Source of the DNA: Candidatus Marinacidobacterales bacterium
GTDB lineage: Bacteria > Acidobacteriota > Vicinamibacteria > Marinacidobacterales > SMYC01
Direction: 5' to 3'
Assembly (NCBI GenBank): GCA_965237955.1
Contig: OZ250169.1
Location: 5,120,001-5,184,000 of the forward strand
Length of the DNA stretch: 64,000 bases
Position numbers and translations under genes: made by a program. The notes under the pieces were generated by a model. It made no database searches and had not been told where the DNA came from. It saw nothing but the letters and a program-made list of their open reading frames with translations. Numbering within the stretch: the first letter of the stretch is position 1; each line of letters starts with the position of its first letter. Of this stretch, positions 52,904 through 63,258 are shown in pieces.

Positions 52904-53221
52904 ATGGAACTACTTCGAAACACCGAAGATTTCGAGCGTCTTCTTGTCGAGCCCCTCGCGATCATCTTCAAGCACAGCACCATGTGCGGGATCAGCGCTC
53001 GCGCGCACGACGAGACCGAACGATTTCTCGCCGAGAATCCCGAGCAGGCGGTCTACAAAGTCGAAGTCATCGAGTCGAGGCGGGTGTCCGACTACGTCGA
53101 GGAAAAAACCGGTGTCCGCCACGCATCCCCACAGCTTCTCGTGCTGAGGAGTGGCGAGGTCGTCTGGCACGTCTCCCATGCCGGCGTCACTGCGGAGGCC
53201 ATCGCGGCGTCTTTGGGTTAA
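52904..53221 (+). CDS. ytxJ: Monothiol thioredoxin-like protein, YtxJ/BrxC family
   Basis: IFKHSTMCGIS, GVRHASPQ, WHVSH. Confidence 0.88.
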   Translation: MELLRNTEDFERLLVEPLAIIFKHSTMCGISARAHDETERFLAENPEQAVYKVEVIESRRVSDYVEEKTGVRHASPQLLVLRSGEVVWHVSHAGVTAEAIAASLG

Positions 53222-53238
53222 GCTTCGGGATTAGGATC

Positions 53239-53727
53239 ATGGCTGCCCAAAAAGAGCGTCGCGAGGAGTTCGACGTCCTCGACGACTACCTCGCGAAAAA
53301 CGGCCTCAAACATTCGAAACAGCGCGAGACCATCCTCCAGCACTTCCTCGACACCAGCGGGCACATGACGGCGGACGATCTCTACCGCGTCATCCATCGA
53401 AAGCATCCCGGTGTCGGGCGCACCACGATCTACCGCGCCCTCAAGGTGTTCGTGGATGCCCAGCTCGCAGACGCGATCGAGCTCCGTGACGGCCTCACCC
53501 GCTTCGAGCACAAATTCCGCCATGCTCACCACGATCATATGATTTGCGTCGAATGCGGCACCATCTTGGAGTTCGTGAGTCAGGAGATCGAGCGTCTCCA
53601 AGACGAGATTGCCGAGGCGTACGGCTTCGTCATCGAGTCCCACCGCCATCAGATGTTCGGCCGCTGTCAGAAGTGTACCCGTAGCAGGAAGTCCGCCCGA
53701 CCGTTAAACCAAACCACCTCTCGTTAG
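53239..53727 (+). CDS. Fur-family transcriptional repressor
   Basis: QRETIL, HMTADDLY, TIYRAL, HHDHMICVECG, CQKC. Confidence 0.92.
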   Translation: MAAQKERREEFDVLDDYLAKNGLKHSKQRETILQHFLDTSGHMTADDLYRVIHRKHPGVGRTTIYRALKVFVDAQLADAIELRDGLTRFEHKFRHAHHDHMICVECGTILEFVSQEIERLQDEIAEAYGFVIESHRHQMFGRCQKCTRSRKSARPLNQTTSR

Positions 53728-53739
53728 GTCCAACTCCAT

Positions 53740-55306
53740 ATGAGATCGAAACTTTTGTGGCTTGCGGTGGCAGTCGTCCTCCCGGCTGTCGTTGTTTCCT
53801 CGGAGACCGGTCTGACGGAGCGGGATAGGGCTCGGCTTCTTCTCTCCCGCGCCACGTATGGCGCGCGGCCCGGAGATTTGGAAGCGCTCGTGGCGCAGGG
53901 CACCGAGAGCTGGCTCGACGAGCAGCTTCAGCCCGAGCGGATCAAGGATTCCGTCGTTGATGCCAAGCTCGCGCGCTTCGACAACCTCGAGCTCTCCACC
54001 TCCGAGCTGATGAAAAAGTACCCGCGGCCGACCCGCGAAGAGCGCCAGGCGATGCAAAAGGCGCGAGAGCAGGGATCCCGGATGCCTGGCATGCGAGGGG
54101 CCCCGCACGATTCTTCGCGACCTGTCGCACGCGAAGCTCGTTCGCGCCGTGCACTCGGAGCGCCAGCTTCACGAAGTCATGACCGACTTCTGGTTCAACC
54201 ACTTCAACGTCTACGCGCGTAAGAACCGCAATACCCTGCTCGCGCTACCGTCGTACGAGAGAGACGCGATCCGACCGCATGCGCTCGGAAGCTTCCATGA
54301 CCTACTCCTCGCCACCGCCGAGCATCCGGCGATGCTCTTTTACCTCGACAACTGGATCAACACGAAAGACGGTTTCAACCCTCGCGAGGCGCTCCAGGCC
54401 CAGATACGCGGGATGACGGGCGGGCGCCGTCGTGGACGTCCTGGACAGGGACGAGCTCGGCGAGACGAGGGCGAGTCGCGAACGTTCGGTATCAACGAGA
54501 ACTACGCTCGCGAGCTCATGGAGCTTCACACGCTCGGCGTCGACGGCGGATACGACCAGCAAGACGTCGTCCAAGTGGCGCGAGCGATGACGGGGTGGTC
54601 GGTCGTCGGTCCGCAGGCGGCGAAGATACGAGAGCGTATCGCCAGACGCGCCGGACGGAATCGAGTGCCTGCGGCACTTCGTTCGATTCCCGACGAAGGA
54701 AACTTCTTCTTCAACCAGATGGCGCACGACGAGAGTCCCAAGCCGGTGTTGGGGACGCGTATCGATGAGGGCGGCATCGACGACGGGCTACAGGTGATCC
54801 GGATCTTGAGCCGGCATCCGTCGACGGCGCGATTCGTTTCCACGAAACTCGCCAAGCGTTTCGTTTCGGATACGCCCTCGGACGCTCTCGTGAACGAGAT
54901 GAGCGACACGTTCTCGAGAACCGATGGAGACATTAGCGCCGTGCTGCGCACGATGTTCATGTCACCCCGTTTCGTCGAGGAGGGGAACGCCACTGACAAA
55001 GTCAAAGTCAAAACACCGCTCGAGCTCGTCGCGAGCGCGCTGCGTGCGATCGGTGGAGCCGTCGATGGACCTGCTCCGGCTCACTTCGTCGCCGAGCTCG
55101 GGATGCCGCTCTACTTGTGCCAACCGCCGACGGGCTACGACGAGGACGCGTCCGCATGGTTATCGGCTGGCAGTGTATTGACGCGCATTCGTTTCGCGGG
55201 TGCGCTCGCCTCCGGCAATATCCCTGGGGTACGCCTGCCCGAACCGCGCGAGGATCCGCCGGAGCTGGCGCTCCTGCTCGCAAGCCCCGATTTTCAACGC
55301 CAATGA
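53740..55306 (+). CDS. DUF1800 protein (frameshift in G-run ~54098)
   Basis: LLSRATYG; QLHEVMTDFWFNHFNV; AMLFYLDN; NENYARELMELHTLGV; HPSTARF; KTPLE. Confidence 0.88.
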
Positions 55307-55315
55307 GGATGAGTC

Positions 55316-56572
55316 ATGACTGAGAACGCTATCATCGAAACTATCGGCGAAACTATCGGGCGTCGCAAGTTCCTGCGGCTAGGAAGCTCGACACTCTTTC
55401 TGCTCGGTGGCACCCCGCTTGCGGCACTGGCTCGGCCCGAGCGCCGGCAGCCGGTTCTCGTGGTCGTGTTCCAGCGCGGTGCCGCCGATGCGCTGCACAT
55501 GCTCGTGCCGTACCGAGATCCAAAGTATCGTGAGCTTCGAGGTGCGCTTGCCCTCGAGGAGCCGGGTAGGGGGGAGAACCCGACCCTGGACCTGGGCGGT
55601 GGCTTTGCTTTCCATCCCGCTCTGTCTCCCCTCTACCCTCTCTACAAATCCGGACGCCTCGCCCCCATCATCAATGTCGGCTCGCCCGACGGGACGCGCT
55701 CGCACTTCGACGCACAAGACTACATGGAGTCCGGGACACCCGGATTGAAGTCGACGCGCGATGGCTGGCTCGCGCGTGCGGTCAAAGCACTCGCTCTCGA
55801 AAGTGCGAGCCCCTTCACCGCCGTGGCGCTGACGAGTCAGATGCCGCGCTCGCTCGCCGGCACCCACGACGCGATCGCGCTCGAGGATTTCGGCAAAATC
55901 GCGTTTCCTCGTCGAAGCGACCCACTCACCGAGCGTATCGAGCGTCTGTACCGCGAAGACTCGAGTGCTCTGTTCGGAGATGCTGGAGAGGATGCGTTCC
56001 GCGCGATGCGGCTCATGCGCGATCGTGATCCGCAGTCGCAACCGACGAGCGACGGGGTGCAATACCCGCGCGGTAGAAAATCGAACCCGCTCGCCGAGCT
56101 CGCCAAACTTATCAGGGCCGACCTCGGCGTGCGCGTGGCGTTCGTCGAGAGCGGCGGGTGGGACACGCACTTCGCGCAGGGTGCCGCCACCGGAGCGATG
56201 GCGAATTTGATGGGTGAGCTCGCCGGTAGTGTGGCCGCATTCGTCGAAGATGTTGGTGACGCTGCCGCGGTAACGCTGTTGCTGGTCACCGAGTTCGGGC
56301 GGACGGTGGCGCTCAACGGCGCGGGCGGAACCGATCATGGCCACGGAGGCGCGATGATGGTCGTCGGGCACGGCGTGCGAGGCGGCCGCGTCCATGGCGA
56401 ATGGCTCGGCCTCGAAAAGCGGAATCTCTACGAGGGAAGAGACTTGCCGGTGACGACGGACTTCCGCGACGTCTTCTCCGAAGTCGCGGGTGAGGCTTTG
56501 GGGCTTTTTCCGTCGGCTGCGCTATTCCCGGGCTATCGCCCGCAGTCAGTGGCCGCCATGAGCCGCGGATGA
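55316..56572 (+). CDS. DUF1501 protein with Tat motif
   Basis: GRRKFL; FQRGAAD; RSHFDAQ; GGWDTH; TEFGRT; GTDHG; DFRDV. Confidence 0.9.
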   Translation: MTENAIIETIGETIGRRKFLRLGSSTLFLLGGTPLAALARPERRQPVLVVVFQRGAADALHMLVPYRDPKYRELRGALALEEPGRGENPTLDLGGGFAFHPALSPLYPLYKSGRLAPIINVGSPDGTRSHFDAQDYMESGTPGLKSTRDGWLARAVKALALESASPFTAVALTSQMPRSLAGTHDAIALEDFGKIAFPRRSDPLTERIERLYREDSSALFGDAGEDAFRAMRLMRDRDPQSQPTSDGVQYPRGRKSNPLAELAKLIRADLGVRVAFVESGGWDTHFAQGAATGAMANLMGELAGSVAAFVEDVGDAAAVTLLLVTEFGRTVALNGAGGTDHGHGGAMMVVGHGVRGGRVHGEWLGLEKRNLYEGRDLPVTTDFRDVFSEVAGEALGLFPSAALFPGYRPQSVAAMSRG

Positions 56573-56935
56573 TTCGTCGAGTCGAGCGGCGAGCTCGGCG
56601 AAACGTTGCAGGTACGCGTCGAGCATATCTTCCGACCCTTTCTCGATGCGGGTGAACTCCAGCCCGACGCCGTTGATTCGAGGGGTTCTCGTATCCGGCG
56701 ATTTTGGATCGTTTCGCCACACCACGCGCGCTCGGGCGCGAAGCTCGCCCAGGTTCCAGGGGAGAGGCGCGCGGATCGAGAGTTCGGTGCCGATTTCAGG
56801 AGGAACGTCCGTCGCTAGAAACGCTCCGCTGGCGCTGATGTTCGTCAGATAGCCCTCCCCAATCTCGCCGTCGACATCGAGGCGGGCCTTGAGGACAAGT
56901 GGGCCGAATCGTGGGTTGGTCCGCTTCTCCGTCAT
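56546..56935 (-). CDS. PilZ domain protein
   Basis: KRTNPR (RxxxR), NISASG, ARVVW, GVGLEF. Confidence 0.85.
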   Translation of the reverse strand: MTEKRTNPRFGPLVLKARLDVDGEIGEGYLTNISASGAFLATDVPPEIGTELSIRAPLPWNLGELRARARVVWRNDPKSPDTRTPRINGVGLEFTRIEKGSEDMLDAYLQRFAELAARLDESSAAHGGH

Positions 56936-56938
56936 GGG

Positions 56939-58487
56939 TCAGTATCCCTCCCGCGTGATCTTCGTCAGCTCTTGAGTCAGCGGTCCTTGATTGTCCAGCG
57001 AGAACTGACTTTCGAACGAACGAAGCCTTCGGTGGAGTGACGCGTTTTCCATCGCCATTCCCGCTTGCGCGAGAAAAAGTGCGAGCCCGGACAATTTTCC
57101 GAGCGCCTTTCGGGAGTTGGGGTTGTCGCAGTACAGGATCGAGAGCACTTCGTGATTGTGGAGCAGCGGGAGGAGCATGTACTCGCGCGCTTTTCCGGGA
57201 TCGACCAACGGCGGCAGCGGATTTTTCTCGTGGTTGAGCGCGAGCGGCTCGCGCGAATAGACGACCTCGGCGAAGGATCGCACTTCCTGAAGCTCGAACG
57301 AGATGTCTTGAATTTCTTCGGTGACGTGCCTGGCAGGCCGTCCGAGGTGGAGTGCCGCGAGCCCGCGCGCTTTGGGGCCTTTGACGAGAAATAGAGCGAC
57401 CCGTTCGCAGTACTTCGATCCGACACGGAGGATCATGCGTGCTATTCCATTGGCCGGGCATGTCAGTTGATCGGTCATCGTCTTCAGGAAGTCGAACATC
57501 ACGGCGTGGTTCAGATCGGGCACGGTAGACAATTCCGCCTCCTGCTTCGCGTCTTCCATCAACGCTGCGAGCTCGCGACGTACGACGGTCGCGAACGAGC
57601 GCAAATCCGCGCCGTACTCATCCGCATCCGCATCCAGCTTCGTGAGCGCTGGCTTGAATGTGACTTTGCGAACACCTAGGGAGATCGCGCGCGCGCGCTT
57701 CGGACGAGAGGCTTTCGGTCATCAGAATGGTTGGCGTTTTACCTCTCGACTTCCGCACATGCTCGATCACCTCGATGCCGCCTTCGAACGTATCCCCCCC
57801 CGAGCTTGGCATGGCGACGTCGGTGACGAGAATCATCGGCCGCCTCGACTCCACGATTTTGTCCACGAGCGCGAGAGCGTCCTCGGCGCCCGCCGCGGTT
57901 TCCACGGTGCATCCTGCTCCTTCGAGCTCCTCGCGGACGACGTCGAGCACTTGCGGTTCGTCGTCCACGAGCAGGACGGTCACGTCGCTGTCCGCGAGCG
58001 ACGGTACCGCGATGTTAGTTGGCTCGACTTCTGGCGGCGCGACCGCACCGGAAGATTCGAGAAGTGACGAGCTGTCCTTCCTCTCGTTGTCGATCTCTCG
58101 CGCGAGCTCGAGCATGAGCTCTTGCGGATCGACGCCCTTCGTCAGCAAGAACTTTCTGACGTCCATTCCTTCGAAGTGAGTGGGGGGCTCGGTGCTGATG
58201 ACGAACTCGAAACGTCCTTCGCGCAGACCCACGAGCTCGCGCAACGCGATGCGGATTTCGTCCTCGAGCAGCAAGGCTCGCGACTGGTCGAGCGTCCGAC
58301 CGGCCATCGGGCTCAAGATCGGAGTCGTGGACGACGACAGCGCGCACAACACCAGACCGTCCCGAAACAACACCGCGCCCCGTGCGACGTTGCCTTCGAC
58401 CTTCAACGTCCCTGTCTTCTTGGCGAAGGCAACGATCTGAAGAATCTCCAGGAGGTTGAGATCCTCGAGGCGTCCGTTCAAAGCCAT
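56939..58487 (-). CDS. DUF4388 + receiver + GAF-like response regulator (frameshift in CG tract ~57690)
   Basis: LNGRLEDLNLLEILQ..KTG; LLVDDE, TDVAMP, FKP; LPLL...LYCDN. Confidence 0.82.
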
Positions 58488-58594
58488 GGGATTGCACGCC
58501 CGACGATCCTGTCGGGCTTGGATCCTTCCGTGAGGTGCTGTTAAGCGAAAGCTCAGGTTGTCAAGTGTTTACGGATCTATCGTAACCCTGGTTT

Positions 58595-59209
58595 TCACCA
58601 CAGGCAAGGGATCAGGCGAGAGCGCACTTCCACTTGATAGCGACGATAGGTTTCGGAGCCGGACAAAAGACGCTCCTCTGCGTGAATACGGAGCCCAACG
58701 AACGGCAATGCGGCAACGAGGACCAAGGCAGACCACACCGAAGCGTCGGACAGCGCGCACGCGAAGATCATGACGAGCTCGCCGGCGTACGCCGGATGGC
58801 GCACGAGTCGGTACGGGCCGTGGGAGACGATGCCACGCCGGGCGGGGAGCACGGAGAAGCTCTCGCCCATCGCCAGGAAGGTCCAAATGGCGAGCGCAGC
58901 CCCGACAAGAAACGCCACTTCGAGGAATACCGGCCAGGTTCCCAGAGGCGCGGCCAACCGCAACGCCACTCCGGCGAGCACCAGCGCGGGCAAACTCGAC
59001 ACCAGGGCTCGTGGTGAGCCGAGGCGCTCGAGCGGGGCGCGACGGAAGATCGCGTACGCGACCGTCAGGTGTAGTAGCGAGATCGCCCATCGCGTTGTCG
59101 TCGCCGGGGCGGTCGTCGCCATCAAGCCGAGCGCTGCCCACGAAGCGACAGACACCGCGAGCAAGGTGTCGAATACCCGCTCGAGTGTTGGTCCTTCTGC
59201 CGCAGGCAC
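58595..59209 (-). CDS. Isoprenylcysteine carboxyl methyltransferase-like membrane protein
   Basis: GESFSV..GPYRLVRHPAY..RIHAEE..Y..Y..RLIP. Confidence 0.85.
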   Translation of the reverse strand: MPAAEGPTLERVFDTLLAVSVASWAALGLMATTAPATTTRWAISLLHLTVAYAIFRRAPLERLGSPRALVSSLPALVLAGVALRLAAPLGTWPVFLEVAFLVGAALAIWTFLAMGESFSVLPARRGIVSHGPYRLVRHPAYAGELVMIFACALSDASVWSALVLVAALPFVGLRIHAEERLLSGSETYRRYQVEVRSRLIPCLW

Positions 59210-59240
59210 GGCAGTCGTTTGGGTAGCTATGGGGCCTGGC

Positions 59241-59345
59241 TCAGTAGATCCAGAAAGACCAGCCGAACATCCAGCTCAAGAAATTGACCAGGATGAGCAC
59301 GCCGATCCAAACCAACCAGCCACCAGCGCCGTCTTCATCGCTCAT
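59241..59345 (-). CDS. Small Trp-rich membrane protein (34 aa)
   Basis: MSDEDGAGGWLVWIGVLILVNFLSWMFGWSFWIY; aagagg RBS upstream; below the ORF-track length cutoff. Confidence 0.7.
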   Translation of the reverse strand: MSDEDGAGGWLVWIGVLILVNFLSWMFGWSFWIY

Positions 59346-59466
59346 GCGTTACCTCTTATTCAGTTGATTTAGGATTGATTGCTGGGCCGGATCGACCGTG
59401 TATTATGCTAGCAACTTTTCGGGTGTTTGACTAGCCGCTCCTCATCAACGGTGGCCGAAAAAGAAT

Positions 59467-59550
59467 AACGCAAAGTCGCGAAGGCGCAAAGTGAAGCGCC
59501 TTCGGCGCTGATTCTCTCTTTGCGTCCTTGCGCCTTGGCGCCTTTGCGTT
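59467..59550. repeat. Palindromic octamer element (3 direct + 4 inverted units around a 6-bp hairpin)
   Basis: aacgcaaag tcgcgaag gcgcaaag / agcgcc-ttc-ggcgct / ctttgcgt ccttgcgc cttggcgc ctttgcgtt. Confidence 0.8.
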
Positions 59551-59574
59551 AAAAAAAAAGGGGGTGAAAAAGCT

Positions 59575-61413
59575 TTATCGTGCCGTTTGCTTGATTGGGA
59601 GGCGAATTTCGAAGGTCGTGCCTTTGTCGAGCGTGCTTTCGACAGTGACCTCGCCGTGGTGTTTCGAGATCACAGCCTGCACATTCGCGAGGCCGACATG
59701 GAGGCGTATCCGCGAGCCCTTCTCGGCGAAGCCGACGTCGAAAAGCGTCGCCAATCCCTCCTCTGGAATGCCACGTCCGGTGTCGCTCGCGGTGATGCGA
59801 ACGTAGCCGTTTTCACGCGTAGTCTTCACCGTGATCGTACCCTCGTCTTCGATGGCTTCTCCCGCGTTCACGAGTAGGGTCATGAGCGCCTGGTTCAGCT
59901 CGGTGGGGTAGCTCTCAATCGCGGGGACATCGCCGAGCTCCCGGACGACGCGGATGCGTTCGCCCCACTGCGGCTCGAGCAGGGACAACGTGCTCTCGAT
60001 GCCCTCGCGAACGTCCGCGAGCTGGAAATCAGCCTGGTCGAGCCGGGTGAAGCTCTTCAAGCTTTCGACGATCTTGCTCAGACGCCGGCCTGCATCGGAT
60101 GCAGCTCGACGGCTCTCCTGCAGATTTTCGATCATCGTCTGCGCCGCCGCGTCCTTTTCGAGATCGGTGGCGAGCCGGCGGAGCCCTCGTTCGAGGACGT
60201 CGGTGGTGCTGAGGATCACGCCCGCCGGGGTATTGATCTCGTGCGCCACGCCCGCGACGAGTTTGCCGAGCGCCGCCATTTTCTCCGACTGGATCAGCCG
60301 CGCTTGCGCTTGCTTCAGTTGCTCGAGGGCCTCCGCTTCGAACTTGATCTGGAGGTTCTTGAGGCGGGTGGCGCTCTCCTCGCCGAGCACTTCCTCTTTG
60401 AGCTTTTGGAACGTGCGCTGGTGCTCGAGTGCCTTCTCGAAATCGCCGCGAGACGCGTGCGCTCGGGCGAGGCCTTCATGGGCGCGGTAGATCTTGGGCT
60501 TGGTCTTGGTTTGCTCTGCGAGCTCCAGAGCTCTCGCGAGCGTCGCTGTGGCTTCTTCGGTGTCGCCCCTCTTGATAAAGAGGGACCCGAGATCGAGCAG
60601 GCTCGTGATCTCGGCGGATTGGTTCCCGAGGGCCCGACGGATCTCGAGTCCTTGGGTCAAGTAGTCTTCCGCTTTGTCGAGCTCTCCCTTGGCGAGGTAG
60701 ACGGTTCCAATATCGTTGAGCGCGCGCGATTCGGCCAGCCCATGGCCGGTTTCACGGCCCAGCTCGAGGCTTTTGAAATGGTGCTCGAGTGCCTTATCCA
60801 ACATGTCAGGGCTGTCAGGCCCTCCCTGTCGCTGGTACACGGTACCGAGCCCGGTGAGCGCTCGACTCACACCCAGCCCATCGTCGTTGCCACGAAACAG
60901 CTCGAGGGCTCGCGTGTGACACTCGATGGATTTGTCCAAGTCGCCAATGCTCTCGTACACACCGCCGAGGGACGTGAGCCCCCAAGCTTACCGGTCGGTG
61001 TCTCCGAGGTCGCAGAAGAGCTGATTGGCGGCGTGCAGGTGCGAAACCGCTAGCTCGTAGTCGCCGAGACTCCAAAAGATGAGCCCGAGCCCCATACGCA
61101 CGTTTCCGACGCCCCGCGGTTCCTCGAGCTCTTCGAAGATCTCGAGAGACTCGAGCGCTTTGCTCATGGCGACGTCATAGCGAGCAACGAAATAGTCTCG
61201 ATAGGCGTCGTTCAAGAGCCCCCACGCGATCCCGTGCGGGTACGAGAGCTCGCGTGCGAGCGAGGTCGCTTCTTTAGCCAGCTCGGCGGTCCGGTGGACG
61301 TTGGTGAAACCAACTTCCCACGCAAGCGCATTGAGCGCGTCGACGCGCTCCCGGGTCGCGGCGGGACCAGCCAAATCGAGCGCGCGCTCGAGATCGGAGA
61401 GGGTGTTGGTCAC
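59575..61413 (-). CDS. TPR-containing sensor histidine kinase with in-frame TAA at 60988-60990
   Basis: TPRs; QSEKMAALG..AHEINTP; LLVNA; DTGRGI; GLA; GTTF; the two ORFs share a frame. Confidence 0.85.
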
Positions 61414-61456
61414 GATCTCACTCTAGCGCAAGAGGCGCGGTTATACTTCGTTCTCG

Positions 61457-62623
61457 ATGAAGCGCATCGCGTGGCTGTTAGCGACGATTTCGGCGTTCGG
61501 GCTTGCGCTGACACGGGTATCGACGCTTCCGCCCGCCGCGTTCGACATCGACGCAACCGTACGGCCCGTTGCGAGCCTTGAGGCTGTCCCTTTCTTCGAG
61601 ACGCGGTTCGCGTCCTCAGGTGCCACCCCTTCCGTTCATAGCGCGACCGCGGTAGAGCTCACCGGTGGACGGATTCGCGCGTTCTGGTACGGCGGGAGTC
61701 GCGAAGGCGCGACCGACGTCGCGATCTACACGTCCCTGTTCGACGACGAGCGCGGTCAATGGAGTCGCGAGGTCGTGGTGACTACGCGGGCGGAGACGCA
61801 AGCGGATGTTCGTCGCTACGTCAAAAAGCTCGGAAACCCCGTCGTGTCACGCGACCGCGACAAAAGGCTGTGGTTGTTCTACGTCAGTGTTTCCGTCGGC
61901 GGCTGGTCGGGAAGTGCGATCAACTTCCGGGTCTCCGAAGATGAAGGCGAGAGCTGGAGCGTGGCGAGACGGCTCGTCACGTCGCCGTTTCTCAACATCA
62001 GCACGCTCGTTCGCGGCCCGGCGGTGCTCTACGCGGATGGGACCCAAGGCGTTCCGGTGTATCACGAGTTGCTCGGGAAGTTCGGAGAATACATCCGCCT
62101 GGGTCGCGAAGGTCGCGTGCTCGACAAAGCGCGGATGTCCTCCGGGTACTCGTCTCTCCAACCCGTGGTCGTGCCTCTCGACACCGTGCGAGCGGTCGGA
62201 CTCATGCGTAAGAGCGGAAACAGTCCGGCGCGCGTTCTTTCCGTGGAGACGGGCGACGCTGGCTCGAGCTGGAGCGCGATGACCCCGACACCGCTCGCCA
62301 ATCCAGATGCTTCTATCGCGGCTCTCCGCACCTCCTCCGGTGAGTTACTGGTCGCGTTCAACGACAGCGAGCACGATCGCAGTAACTTGAGTCTCGCTTT
62401 ATCCGAGAACGACGGCGACAGCTGGGAAGTAGTCCACGTCTTCGAGCCTCCCGCGCCGGTGCCCGCGCCGGTGGATGTCCCGTCGCTTCGATTCGCATAC
62501 CCGTGGCTGCTCGAGTCCACCGACGACGAGCTCCACCTCTTGTATACATGGGACCGGGACCGCATCGCGCACGTGAGGTTCAACCGCGCATGGCTTCTTG
62601 GACAATCGGTAATCGGGCGGTGA
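61457..62623 (+). CDS. BNR/Asp-box (exo-alpha-sialidase-like) protein
   Basis: WYGGSREG; SEDEGESW, TGDAGSSW, SENDGDSW; NPDA; FAYP. Confidence 0.85.
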   Translation: MKRIAWLLATISAFGLALTRVSTLPPAAFDIDATVRPVASLEAVPFFETRFASSGATPSVHSATAVELTGGRIRAFWYGGSREGATDVAIYTSLFDDERGQWSREVVVTTRAETQADVRRYVKKLGNPVVSRDRDKRLWLFYVSVSVGGWSGSAINFRVSEDEGESWSVARRLVTSPFLNISTLVRGPAVLYADGTQGVPVYHELLGKFGEYIRLGREGRVLDKARMSSGYSSLQPVVVPLDTVRAVGLMRKSGNSPARVLSVETGDAGSSWSAMTPTPLANPDASIAALRTSSGELLVAFNDSEHDRSNLSLALSENDGDSWEVVHVFEPPAPVPAPVDVPSLRFAYPWLLESTDDELHLLYTWDRDRIAHVRFNRAWLLGQSVIGR

Positions 62624-63150
62624 TCGGTCTTTTTGGCGTGACTCTGTTGCTCGTGCGAGCCGGGTTTGCACTCGGCACGGGGCGGCGCGGCGTCTGGTTT
62701 GCGGCCGTTGCCCTCGGGCTCGCGCTGGCACCGCTTGGAGGGCTCACGCTCGCTGGCTACGTCCGCGGGGTCACCGGCGACTTGAGCGTGACGACGCTAG
62801 TCCTCTTGTCGGTGGGCTTTTTGGGCGGTGTCGAGCCGAAAGAGCGGCGTGCGCTTTCCGTGTTCGTTGTTCTCGGAGCCCTCTTCCTCTATCCCATGGC
62901 CCTCGGCTTGGGTTCGTTCGATCCTTACCGGTTGGGCTTCGTGCCTTCGGGGCTCCTCGCGGCTCTCTTCGTCGTCGCCGTGCTCGCCTGGCTCCGTCAG
63001 TTCCACGTTTTGCTTCTCTGTATCCTGGTCGCGGTCTCGAGCCACGCGCTCGAGCTCATGGAGTCTTGGAACCTTTGGGACTACCTCGTTGACCCGTGGC
63101 TCGTAGCGGCGTCGATTTACGATCTTCGCTCGCTTCGCCGAAACTCGTAA
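62620..63150 (+). CDS. Hypothetical membrane protein
   Basis: Hydrophobic; GDLSVTT, LYPMALG..FDPY, SWNLWDYLVDP; GTG overlaps the upstream stop. Confidence 0.75.
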   Translation: MIGLFGVTLLLVRAGFALGTGRRGVWFAAVALGLALAPLGGLTLAGYVRGVTGDLSVTTLVLLSVGFLGGVEPKERRALSVFVVLGALFLYPMALGLGSFDPYRLGFVPSGLLAALFVVAVLAWLRQFHVLLLCILVAVSSHALELMESWNLWDYLVDPWLVAASIYDLRSLRRNS

Positions 63151-63226
63151 ACGGATCGCGACAGGGCCCGAACGCAACATTCCTGTAACTGCTTGCGTTG
63201 TCGCGGCTTCGTCGAAGGCAAGCTAC

Positions 63227-63242
63227 TGGCACCTCGATTGCA
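63227..63242 (+). promoter_or_regulatory. Sigma-54 (-24/-12) promoter
   Basis: TGGCAC-ctcga-TTGCA matches TGGCAC-N5-TTGCW in the intergenic region before the Crp gene. Confidence 0.75.
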
Positions 63243-63258
63243 CTGAAATGAAGACGCG

